A DNA stretch of 40,552 bases from the NCBI GenBank assembly GCA_036676545.1, contig JAKFCR010000123.1:1-40552 (forward strand), read 5' to 3'. Source of the DNA: Aeromicrobium sp. (lineage in GTDB: Bacteria; Actinomycetota; Actinomycetes; Propionibacteriales; Nocardioidaceae). The position numbers and the translations under genes are program-made. Below the pieces are notes generated by a model, which did not search any database, was not told the DNA's origin, and saw only the letters and a list, made by a program, of their open reading frames with translations. This document shows, one piece after another, positions 1 through 8,802 of the stretch. Each line of letters opens with the position of its first letter. The stretch's first letter is position 1.

Positions 1-939
1 GCCGTCATCTTCATCTCGCACAAGCTCGACGAGGTCTTGTCGGTGGCCGACGAGGTCACCGTGATCCGCAGGGGAGCGACGGTCGACACCGTGGCCGCCT
101 CCTCGGTCAACTCCAAGCAGCTCGCTGAGATGATGGTGGGCTCGGAGCTTCCCAACCCGAGCACCGAGACGTCGACCGTGACGGACAAAGTTGAGCTCGA
201 GGTTCGCGGCCTCACCCTGTCGGATCCCGGAGGCGGGCGTGACCTGCTCAGCGACATCGATCTGGTCATCCACTCGGGCGAGATCCTGGGCATCGCCGGA
301 GTCGAAGGCAACGGCCAGGCCGAGCTGGTCGAGGCAATCATGGGCATGCGTACCGGCGCCTCAGGCAAGATCCTCCTTGCGGGCAAGGACCTCACGCACG
401 AGTCAACGCGCGACCGCCGCGAAGCCGGCATCGGCTACATCCCCGAGGATCGGCAGCGGCACGGGTTGCTGCTCGATTCGCCGTTGTGGGAGAACCGCAT
501 CCTCGGTCACCAGACCCGTGAGCCCAACGTCAAGGGTCCCTTGATCGACCGTGCTGGTGCTCGCAAGGACACGGAGCGCATCATCGCCGAATACGACGTG
601 CGGTCACCTGGCATCGACACTCTCGCCCGCGCACTGTCTGGCGGCAATCAGCAGAAGCTCATCGTTGGGCGAGAGATGGCGAGCAACCCCAACCTGCTCA
701 TCGCCTCGCACCCCACTCGAGGAGTCGATGTCGGGGCCCAGGCCGCGATCTGGGGACACATCAAGCGTGCTCGACGCGAAGGACTCGCGGTGCTGCTGAT
801 CTCGGCCGACCTCGACGAGCTGATCGGCTTGTCCGACACGATCAGGGTCATCCTGCGCGGCAAGCTCGTGGGTCAGTTCGATCCTTCAACTGTGACACCC
901 CAGATGCTCGGCTCGGCCATGACGGGAGCTGACGAATGA
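1..939 (+). CDS. Nucleoside/sugar (CUT2) ABC transporter ATP-binding protein, 5'-truncated by the window
   Basis: Frame is open from base 1 (AVIFISHKLDEV). Second ABC domain has LSGGNQQK, PTRGVDVG and LISADLDEL. Lies upstream of two permeases and cdd. Confidence 0.92.
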   Translation, partial: AVIFISHKLDEVLSVADEVTVIRRGATVDTVAASSVNSKQLAEMMVGSELPNPSTETSTVTDKVELEVRGLTLSDPGGGRDLLSDIDLVIHSGEILGIAGVEGNGQAELVEAIMGMRTGASGKILLAGKDLTHESTRDRREAGIGYIPEDRQRHGLLLDSPLWENRILGHQTREPNVKGPLIDRAGARKDTERIIAEYDVRSPGIDTLARALSGGNQQKLIVGREMASNPNLLIASHPTRGVDVGAQAAIWGHIKRARREGLAVLLISADLDELIGLSDTIRVILRGKLVGQFDPSTVTPQMLGSAMTGADE

Positions 940-2042
940 GGAACCCACGCAACACCAAGCTTGCTCTCGCCATAGGCGCGCCGGTCCTCGCCTTGGCCAC
1001 GGCCTTTCTGATCACCAGTCTCGTGCTGATCCTGGCCGGGGATGACGTCGGCGGTGTGTGGGGCCAGATCCTGAGCCTTCCGACGCACCGTGGCTACGTC
1101 AACATCATCAACTCGGCCAGCGTCTACTACCTGTCGGCCGTCGCCGTGGCAATCGGGTTCCGGATGAACCTCTTCAACATCGGCGTCGACGGACAGTACC
1201 GTGTTGCTGCATTCGCGGCCGCTGTCGTGGCCGGAGAAGGATGGCTACCGGGCTACCTCAACACGGCGCTCGCGATGGTCGCCGCCGTGCTCGTCGGCGC
1301 GGCGTGGGCCGGAATCGCCGGTCTGCTTCGCGTCACTCGTGGAGTCAGTGAAGTGATCTCGACGATCATGCTCAACGCGATCGCAACGGCACTTGTCGCC
1401 TATCTCCTTCGCAAGGTGGCTGTCGAGAACCCGGGCAGCAATGTCACCGCGACCAAAGAGGTCCCCGAGGGCAGTCGTATCGGCGGTTTCAGCCTGTTCG
1501 GCGACGTGCCGGCCACGGTCTACGGACTCGTGTTCCTCGCCGTCGCTGTCGGATTCCTCTACTGGTTCGTCATCAACAAGACCCGTTTCGGCTTCGACCT
1601 CCGGGCCACCGGATCATCTGAGACGGCAGCCGTTGCGAGCGGCATCAACGTCAAGAAGATGATCATGATCTCGATGCTGCTGTCGGGTGGAGCTGCCGGC
1701 CTGGTTGGCATGCCATTGCTGTTCGGCAACGACTACGCATATGGCTCGACGTTCCAGTCCGGTCTCGGCTTCGCCGGAATTGCGATCGCCCTTTTGGGTC
1801 GCAACCACCCGTTCGGCATCGCTTTTGGCGCCCTGTTGTTTGCGTTCCTTGACGAGCAATCCAATCCGCTCCAGATCCTGCTCGATGTCTCACCCGACAT
1901 CGTCAAGATCACGCAGGGCACGATCGTCCTCACCGTTGTCATCGCGTACGAGGTGGTCCGCCGCTACGGCGTCCGGCTCGAGCATCGCCGGGTGGCGAGC
2001 GCCTTGGATGACGAGCCCGCGACGGAAGGAGTCAAAGCATGA
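936..2042 (+). CDS. Nucleoside ABC transporter permease 1
   Basis: Hydrophobic protein with FNIGVDGQ, SEVISTIMLN and GFAGIAIALLGRNHP motifs; ATGA overlap with the upstream gene. Confidence 0.9.
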   Translation: MRNPRNTKLALAIGAPVLALATAFLITSLVLILAGDDVGGVWGQILSLPTHRGYVNIINSASVYYLSAVAVAIGFRMNLFNIGVDGQYRVAAFAAAVVAGEGWLPGYLNTALAMVAAVLVGAAWAGIAGLLRVTRGVSEVISTIMLNAIATALVAYLLRKVAVENPGSNVTATKEVPEGSRIGGFSLFGDVPATVYGLVFLAVAVGFLYWFVINKTRFGFDLRATGSSETAAVASGINVKKMIMISMLLSGGAAGLVGMPLLFGNDYAYGSTFQSGLGFAGIAIALLGRNHPFGIAFGALLFAFLDEQSNPLQILLDVSPDIVKITQGTIVLTVVIAYEVVRRYGVRLEHRRVASALDDEPATEGVKA

Positions 2043-3292
2043 GTGTTGTCACTGACGCCGTGGCTCCGGTCACTGCAGCCGCCAAGAAGCTCACCTTCGG
2101 TTGGGCCATGATCTGGTTGGCCGTTGGCCTCATCGTGTTCTCGCTCCTCCGTATCGTCACCGGCGCTGACGATCTTGGTTCGTCCGGAACGCTTCGCGCC
2201 GCACTTGTGGCTGCGATCCCGATTGGCCTCGCCGGTCTCGGCGGACTGTGGGCCGAGCGCGCTGGCGTCGTCAACATCGGCCTCGAGGGAATGATGATCC
2301 TCGGCACGTTCGGTGCTGGCTACTTCGGCCACTTCTACGGGCCGTGGCAAGGTGTGTTGGGTGCGATCCTGCTCGGTGCTGCAGGTGGCCTCCTGCACGC
2401 GATCGCCACCGTGACCTTCGGGGTCGACCACATCGTCTCTGGCGTGGCGATCAACATCATCGCGCTCGGCGCGGTCCAATACCTCGCAGCGCTGGCGTTC
2501 ACCGGTGTCGAGGGTGGCGGCCAGACGCAATCACCGCCCATTCCCGATCTGCCGACGATCACGCTGGACTTTCTCGGGGACCCGCTGCTCGACCTGGAGC
2601 AGAAGCATTGGTTCATCGTCTCCGACGGTGCTGCAATCCTGCGTGCCCTCGTCACCAACTTGTCGATCCTGACGATCATCTCGCTGATGCTGTTCGGCCT
2701 CACGTTCTGGATTCTTTGGCGCACGTCGTTCGGGCTGCGCCTCCGCTCGTGTGGCGAGAGCCCGGCGGCAGCGGAGTCCCTCGGCATCAACGTGATCCGC
2801 TACAAGTTCATCGCCGTGATCGTCTCGGGCGCATTTGCGGGTCTGGCTGGCGGCTTTCTCGCACTGGTCGCGGCCAGTCAGTTCCGGGACGGACAAACGG
2901 GTGGTCGTGGTTACATCGGTCTCGCCGCCATGATCTTCGGCAACTGGCGACCGGGTGGACTGCTGGCCGGCGCAGGACTGTTCGGCTACACCGACACGCT
3001 TCGTCTGCGCGGCGGCGGCGAGTCGATCCACGGACTCCTGCTTCTCGTTGCAGTGGGTCTTGTTGTCATGGCGGTCTGGCAGATCCGCAAGGCGCGCAAG
3101 GTCGCTGGCGCCGTCACTCTCGGCATCGGCATCGTGATCGGGCTCTGGTATTTCTTCAGCGACTCGATCCCCGAGGACCTGACCGGCATGACGCCGTACG
3201 TCACGACGCTCCTGGTGCTGGCGTTGTTCTCACAACGCCTACGAATGCCCGCGGCCGACGGCAAGCCCTATCGCAAGGGCAGCGCGGGCTGA
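2039..3292 (+). CDS. Nucleoside ABC transporter permease 2
   Basis: ERAGVVNIGLEGMM, GLRLRSCGE and GRGYIGLAAMIFGNWRP motifs; ATGA overlap. Confidence 0.9.
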   Translation: MSVVTDAVAPVTAAAKKLTFGWAMIWLAVGLIVFSLLRIVTGADDLGSSGTLRAALVAAIPIGLAGLGGLWAERAGVVNIGLEGMMILGTFGAGYFGHFYGPWQGVLGAILLGAAGGLLHAIATVTFGVDHIVSGVAINIIALGAVQYLAALAFTGVEGGGQTQSPPIPDLPTITLDFLGDPLLDLEQKHWFIVSDGAAILRALVTNLSILTIISLMLFGLTFWILWRTSFGLRLRSCGESPAAAESLGINVIRYKFIAVIVSGAFAGLAGGFLALVAASQFRDGQTGGRGYIGLAAMIFGNWRPGGLLAGAGLFGYTDTLRLRGGGESIHGLLLLVAVGLVVMAVWQIRKARKVAGAVTLGIGIVIGLWYFFSDSIPEDLTGMTPYVTTLLVLALFSQRLRMPAADGKPYRKGSAG

Positions 3293-3720
3293 TGGCGTTG
3301 GGTATCAAGGGACCAGGCGACCCAGTCGACTGGGACGCGCTCACTCGCTATGCCACCGAAGTGATGGGGCGGGCCTATGCGCCCTACTCCAACTTCAAGG
3401 TCGGTGTGGCGGGCCTGGTCGATGATGGTCGCGTCGTGCTGGGCTGCAATGTCGAGAACGCCGCGTACGGCGTCGCGCTGTGCGCCGAGTGCGGGATGGT
3501 GTCTGCGCTGCACGCCACAGGTGGCGGTCGGCTGATTGCAGTCGCGTGTGTCGACTCCCACGGCAAGCCACTGATGCCATGCGGTCGGTGCCGTCAGCTC
3601 CTGTGGGAGAACGGCGGCCCCGACATGCAGCTGCTGACGGCAAGCGGCGTCAAGACCATGACCGAGGTGCTTCCGGATGCCTTCGGCGCCGACGACCTTG
3701 CCAAGAACGCGGAAGAGTGA
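3292..3720 (+). CDS. cdd: Cytidine deaminase
   Basis: C-terminal part of ORF 2248..3720: AYAPYSNFKVG, GCNVENAAY, CAE and PCGRCRQ zinc motifs. ATG at 3292 overlaps the permease stop (TGATG). Confidence 0.95.
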   Translation: MALGIKGPGDPVDWDALTRYATEVMGRAYAPYSNFKVGVAGLVDDGRVVLGCNVENAAYGVALCAECGMVSALHATGGGRLIAVACVDSHGKPLMPCGRCRQLLWENGGPDMQLLTASGVKTMTEVLPDAFGADDLAKNAEE

Positions 3721-3721
3721 C

Positions 3722-4921
3722 TTGACGCGATACGCAGTTCAGCTGGATCCGGGAGAGCCCTCATTCGTACGCGATCCCTATCCCGTGCTGGCGTCGCTGA
3801 GGGCCAACGGTCCCGTGCTGTGGCATGAACCAATGGGTATGTGGCTCGCGACGACCCACAAGTCGGTGAGGGCGGTGCTGCGCAGCCGCTCATTCGGGCG
3901 GATCTGGTCTGACTGGGAACCGGCCGACGAGCTCGAGCCGTTCAACGCCTTGCACCGCAACCAGATGATGGAGAACGAGCCTCCGGCACATACCCGGCTC
4001 CGCAAGCTGGTGGCCGGCGCGTTCGGGCGTGGCCACGTGGAGCGTATGCGGCCACGCATCGAGTCGCTCGCCGCCGAGATGGTGGAGCAGCTCGACGACC
4101 GGTTCGACGTACTCGCTGACTACGCCGAGCCGATGCCGGTCTACGTCATCGCCGACCTGCTCGGCGTTCCCCGTGGGGACCATCAGCTTCTTCGAACGTG
4201 GTCCCAGGCCATCGTGCACATGTACGAGCCGCGACCCAGCGCCGAGGTCAAGGCCGCGGCAGTTGAGGCGAGCACAGCGTTCTCCGACTACGTACGCGCA
4301 GTCGTGTCTGATCGGCGCGAGACTGTGTCGTCAAAGCAGGGGGGCGAAGACCTGATCAGCGACCTGATTCGCGAGGGTAGACGAGGTACCCCGCTCACCG
4401 ATGACGAGCTCGTCGCCTCGGTTGTGCTGTTGCTCAACGCAGGCCATGAGGCATCGGTCAACGCGTTCGGCAACGGGATCTACGCGCTGATGTCGCATCC
4501 GGAGCAGCTCGCTCGCATCACGTCGGGCAAGGTGCCGATGGAGATCGCGCTCGAAGAGATGCTCCGCTTCGATGCGCCATTACAACTGTTCGAACGTACG
4601 GCCACCGCCGATGTGGAGATCTCCGGCCAGCTGATCAAGTCTGGCCAGAAGATCGCCTGCCTGATGGGGTCAGCCAACCGCGACTCAGACGCGTTCGCGG
4701 ACGCCGACGTGTTCGATGTCGGCCGTGATCCCAATCCGCACGTGGGCTTCGGTCTGGGTCGGCATTTCTGCCTGGGCGCGCCCCTCGCGCGGCTTGAGCT
4801 GCAGATCTCGATGACACACCTGCTCCGGCGCTTCCCCCGCCTCGAGATCGCCGGGGAGGCGCCACGGCGACCGACCTGGGTGTTGCGTGGGTTCGAGAGC
4901 ATAGGAGTCACACATGACTGA
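3722..4921 (+). CDS. Cytochrome P450 (CYP107-like)
   Basis: DPYP, EPPAHTRLRKL, I-helix NAGHEASVN, EEMLR (ExxR) and heme motif FGLGRHFCLG. Start uncertain; TTG at 3722 chosen. Confidence 0.93.
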   Translation: MTRYAVQLDPGEPSFVRDPYPVLASLRANGPVLWHEPMGMWLATTHKSVRAVLRSRSFGRIWSDWEPADELEPFNALHRNQMMENEPPAHTRLRKLVAGAFGRGHVERMRPRIESLAAEMVEQLDDRFDVLADYAEPMPVYVIADLLGVPRGDHQLLRTWSQAIVHMYEPRPSAEVKAAAVEASTAFSDYVRAVVSDRRETVSSKQGGEDLISDLIREGRRGTPLTDDELVASVVLLLNAGHEASVNAFGNGIYALMSHPEQLARITSGKVPMEIALEEMLRFDAPLQLFERTATADVEISGQLIKSGQKIACLMGSANRDSDAFADADVFDVGRDPNPHVGFGLGRHFCLGAPLARLELQISMTHLLRRFPRLEIAGEAPRRPTWVLRGFESIGVTHD

Positions 4922-6197
4922 ACCATTCGACGCGGTTGAAGTGATCGCAACGAAGCGGGACAAGGCTGAGCTGACTGATCCCCAGATTGACTGGGTCGTC
5001 GATGCCTACACGCGTGGCGTGGTCGCCAATGAGCAGATGTCGTCGCTCGCCATGGCGATCCTGCTCAACGGCATGAATCGGCGTGAGATCAGTCGCTGGA
5101 CCAACGCGATGATCGCCAGCGGTGAGCGCATGGACTTCTCCAGCCTGTCCTGGAAGACCGCCGACAAGCACTCAACCGGCGGTGTCGGTGACAAGATCAC
5201 CCTCCCGTTGGCTCCGCTCGTCGCGGCCTGTGGCGTCGCCGTACCTCAGCTCTCAGGACGTGGGCTCGGGCATACCGGCGGCACTCTCGACAAGCTCGAG
5301 GCGATCCCTGGCTGGCGAGCTGAGCTCAGCAACGACGAGATGATGTCGCAGCTCGAGGACGTCGGTGCCGTGATCTGTGCCGCGGGAGCAGGTCTCGCAC
5401 CAGCCGACAAGAAGCTGTACGCCCTCCGCGACGTGACAGGGACGGTCGAGGCGATCCCGCTGATCGCTAGCTCGATCATGAGCAAGAAGATCGCCGAAGG
5501 CACTGGCGCACTGGTGCTCGACGTCAAAGTCGGTACGGGCGCGTTCATGAAGTCGCTCGACCAGGCCCGCGAGCTTGCGGAGACGATGGTGGCGCTCGGT
5601 ACCGACGCGGGGGTCAAGACCGTGGCGCTGCTGACCGACATGTCGACACCGCTCGGGCTGACGGCGGGCAACGCCGTGGAGATCGCCGAGTCGGTCGAGG
5701 TGCTGGCTGGCGGGGGACCGGCGGACGTTGTCGAGCTCACCGTTGCACTCGCCCGTGAAATGCTCGCCGCGGCTGGCAAGGATGACGTCGACCCCGCCGA
5801 GAAGCTCGCCTCGGGCGAGGCGATGGACGTCTGGAAGCGGATGATCTCGGCACAGGGTGGCGACCCTGATGCGGCGCTCCCGACGCCGAAGGAGACGCAC
5901 ACAGTCAACGCCGAGGCGAGTGGCACACTGACCCGTCTCGACGCTCTCGCAGTCGGTGTCGCGGCGTGGCGCCTGGGTGCCGGACGATCGCGTCCCGGCG
6001 AGCAGGTCCAGGCGGCAGCGGGCATCGTGATGCACGCCAAGCCGGGTGACACCGTCACCGCAGGTCAGCCGCTGTTGACCCTGCACACCGACACCCCCGA
6101 CCGGTTTGAGCGGGCCATCGCAGCCCTCGAAGGCGGCTACGACATTGGGACCGGTGGCGCTGAGGCGGCCTCCGTCGTGATCGACCGGGTTGAGTAG
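4914..6197 (+). CDS. deoA: Thymidine/pyrimidine-nucleoside phosphorylase
   Basis: DKHSTGGVGDK, SGRGLGHTGGTLDKLE, LIASSIMSKK and LGAGR motifs; AGGAG RBS upstream. Confidence 0.96.
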   Translation: MTEPFDAVEVIATKRDKAELTDPQIDWVVDAYTRGVVANEQMSSLAMAILLNGMNRREISRWTNAMIASGERMDFSSLSWKTADKHSTGGVGDKITLPLAPLVAACGVAVPQLSGRGLGHTGGTLDKLEAIPGWRAELSNDEMMSQLEDVGAVICAAGAGLAPADKKLYALRDVTGTVEAIPLIASSIMSKKIAEGTGALVLDVKVGTGAFMKSLDQARELAETMVALGTDAGVKTVALLTDMSTPLGLTAGNAVEIAESVEVLAGGGPADVVELTVALAREMLAAAGKDDVDPAEKLASGEAMDVWKRMISAQGGDPDAALPTPKETHTVNAEASGTLTRLDALAVGVAAWRLGAGRSRPGEQVQAAAGIVMHAKPGDTVTAGQPLLTLHTDTPDRFERAIAALEGGYDIGTGGAEAASVVIDRVE

Positions 6198-6206
6198 GTT
6201 GGACTG

Positions 6207-6662
6207 ATGCGCATCTTGAACAATCGCAAGGAGATAGCCGACGCTGCCGGCGAGGAGCTGGGCGTCAGCGAATGGGTTGCCGTGACGCAAGAACGCATCG
6301 ATCTCTTCGCCGACGCGTCAGGTGACCGCCAATGGATCCACGTCGACCCCGAGCGCGCGGCCGATGGGCCCTTTGGCGCCACTGTCGCGCATGGCTACCT
6401 CACGTTGTCGATGCTGCCGTTCCTCGGAGCGCAGGTCTACGCGTTCGCAGGTGACGTCGCCCGGGTCAACTACGGACTTAACAAGGTGCGCTTCGTTGCG
6501 CCGGTCAAGGTCAACTCCAAGATTCGCGACCGGGTCGAGCTGCTCACCGTCGAGGACATCGACAAGGGTCAGCGCGCGACGCTCCAGCACACCGTCGAGA
6601 TCAAGGGCAGCGACAAGCCGGCGTGCGTTGCCGAGACCGTCGTCCTGCTGATGGGCACCTGA
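6207..6662 (+). CDS. MaoC-family (R)-specific enoyl-CoA hydratase/dehydratase
   Basis: [22 protein letters not shown] and NYGLNKVRF hotdog-fold motifs. Confidence 0.9.
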   Translation: MRILNNRKEIADAAGEELGVSEWVAVTQERIDLFADASGDRQWIHVDPERAADGPFGATVAHGYLTLSMLPFLGAQVYAFAGDVARVNYGLNKVRFVAPVKVNSKIRDRVELLTVEDIDKGQRATLQHTVEIKGSDKPACVAETVVLLMGT

Positions 6663-7747
6663 TGAGTCCGGCAACAGCAGAGCAGATCGCCAAGGCGCCG
6701 AAGGTTGCCCTGCACGAGCACCTGGATGGCGGCGTACGTCCTGCGACCATTGTCGAGATCGCCAATGAGATCGGCCACGACCTGCCCGCCCCCGATGCTG
6801 AGTCTCTCGGCGCATGGTTCGAGGAGTCCTCGAGCTCAGGATCGCTCCCGCGTTACCTCGAGACCTTCATTCATACGGTCGCCGTCATGCAGCGACCGCA
6901 GGATCTGGCCCGGGTGGCACGCGAATCCGTGATCGACCTGGCGAATGACAGGGTGGTCTACGCCGAGCTCCGCTGGGCACCTGAGCAGCACCTGTCGGCA
7001 GGTCTGACGCTGCAGGAGACCGTCGAGGCAGTCCAGGTTGGAATTGAGGAAGGTCGCGCTGAAGCGGCCGCCCAGGGCAACCCGATCGTGGTCGGCCAGC
7101 TGCTGACGGCGATGCGTCATGCCAAGCGCGGACTCGAAATTGCCGAGATCGTCGTCGAGTACCGCGACAGGGGCGTCGCCGGCTTCGACATCGCCGGAGC
7201 TGAGGACGGCTATCCGCCGATCCTGCACCTCGAGGCGTTCGAGTACCTCCATCGCGAGAACGCACATTTCACGATTCACGCCGGTGAGGCGTTCGGCCTT
7301 CCGTCGATCTGGCAGGCCATCCAGCGCTGTGGTGCTGAGCGGCTCGGTCATGGCGTACGCATCGTCGACGACATCGACTTCGACGCACCGGGTGGGCCAA
7401 AGCTCGGCCACCTCGCGGCATACATCCGTGATCGCCGTATCCCGCTCGAGATGTGTCCTTCGTCGAACATGCAGACGCATGCCGTGCCCGACATGAAGTC
7501 GATCGCTGATCACCCGATCGGCAAGCTCAAAGAGCTCGGCTTTCGCGTGACGATCAACTGCGACAACCGACTGATGAGCAACACCTCGATGAGCAAGGAA
7601 ATGCAGCTGCTCGTCGACGCATTCGGCTACACGACGGACGACCTGCGGTGGTTCACGATCAACGCGATGAAGAGCGCGTTCCTCCCGTTCGACGAGAGAC
7701 TCGCGATCATCAACGACATCATCAAGCCGGCCTACGCCGCGCTCTAG
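6662..7747 (+). CDS. add: Adenosine deaminase
   Basis: [25 protein letters not shown] and NCDNRLMS motifs. ATG at 6662 overlaps the MaoC stop. Confidence 0.95.
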   Translation: MSPATAEQIAKAPKVALHEHLDGGVRPATIVEIANEIGHDLPAPDAESLGAWFEESSSSGSLPRYLETFIHTVAVMQRPQDLARVARESVIDLANDRVVYAELRWAPEQHLSAGLTLQETVEAVQVGIEEGRAEAAAQGNPIVVGQLLTAMRHAKRGLEIAEIVVEYRDRGVAGFDIAGAEDGYPPILHLEAFEYLHRENAHFTIHAGEAFGLPSIWQAIQRCGAERLGHGVRIVDDIDFDAPGGPKLGHLAAYIRDRRIPLEMCPSSNMQTHAVPDMKSIADHPIGKLKELGFRVTINCDNRLMSNTSMSKEMQLLVDAFGYTTDDLRWFTINAMKSAFLPFDERLAIINDIIKPAYAAL

Positions 7748-8802
7748 GCGACAGTCCAGGCGTCCTGTCCGTCGAGCAGCTGCTGCAATGACGGTGTGTC
7801 GCCCGCGAGCGTGGTCTGCTGTCGGCTCAGGTCGTCGTACGTGGGGCGCTCGACCTGGCGCAGGATGCCGATCGGAGCGCGCCTGAGCACGCCGCTGTCA
7901 GTGATCCGCGAGAGCGCGAACGCCGTCGTCGCGTCAGGCTCGTGTGCATCGTGGACGAGCAGGTCAGCCGCGTTGGAGTCGTTGACCTCCACGACCTCGA
8001 CCCCGCCGCCGGCAGAGCGTACGACTCCCAGGTGGCCGTCGACGCCGAACCGGATCGGTTCGCCATGCACGAGAGGAATGATCGCGTCGTCGCGGGTCTC
8101 CGGATCCTTGATCGCGTCGAACGCACCATCGTTGAAGATCGGGCAGTTCTGATAGATCTCGACCAGCGAGGTGCCGCGGTGCCGGGCAGCCGCGGAGAGC
8201 ACCTCCGTCAGGTGCTTGCGGTCCGAGTCGATCGTGCGGGCCACGAAGGTGGCCTCGGCGCCGAGCGCGAGCGAGAGCGGGTTGAGCGGTGCGTCGATCG
8301 AGCCGTACGGCGTGGACTTGGTGACCTTGCCGGGCTCGGACGTGGGGGAGTACTGGCCCTTGGTGAGACCGTAGATCCGGTTGTTGAACAGCAGGATCGT
8401 CATGTTGACGTTGCGTCGCAGCGCGTGGATCAAGTGATTGCCGCCGATGGACAGCGCGTCGCCGTCGCCGGTCACGACCCACACGCTGAGGTCTGCACGT
8501 GTGGTCGCAAGCCCGGTCGCGATCGCTGGTGCACGACCGTGGATCGAGTGCAGACCGTATGTGTCGAGGTAGTAGGGGAAGCGGGCGGCGCAACCGATGC
8601 CGGAGATGAACACGATGTTCTCGCGGCGGAGCCCCAGCTCGGGCATGAAGCCTTGGACGGCGGCGAGGACCGCGTAATCGCCGCATCCGGGGCACCACCG
8701 CACCTCTTGGTCCGACGAGAAGTCCTTGCGAGTCTGCGGCTCTTCTGTGGTCGGCACACCTTCGAGCCCGTGGCCCGTCGGCATGCCCAGATCGGTGGTC
8801 AT
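7744..8802 (-). CDS. korB: 2-oxoacid:ferredoxin oxidoreductase beta subunit
   Basis: WCPGCGD, SGIGC, HSIHGRA, TPP motif GDGD...NN, and [12 protein letters not shown]. Confidence 0.93.
   Translation of the reverse strand: MTTDLGMPTGHGLEGVPTTEEPQTRKDFSSDQEVRWCPGCGDYAVLAAVQGFMPELGLRRENIVFISGIGCAARFPYYLDTYGLHSIHGRAPAIATGLATTRADLSVWVVTGDGDALSIGGNHLIHALRRNVNMTILLFNNRIYGLTKGQYSPTSEPGKVTKSTPYGSIDAPLNPLSLALGAEATFVARTIDSDRKHLTEVLSAAARHRGTSLVEIYQNCPIFNDGAFDAIKDPETRDDAIIPLVHGEPIRFGVDGHLGVVRSAGGGVEVVEVNDSNAADLLVHDAHEPDATTAFALSRITDSGVLRRAPIGILRQVERPTYDDLSRQQTTLAGDTPSLQQLLDGQDAWTVA

Noticed and set aside
2248-3291. Long N-terminal extension of the cdd ORF (490 aa)
   Set aside because: Arg/Pro-rich off-frame read-through of the permease; the real start is the coupled ATG at 3292.
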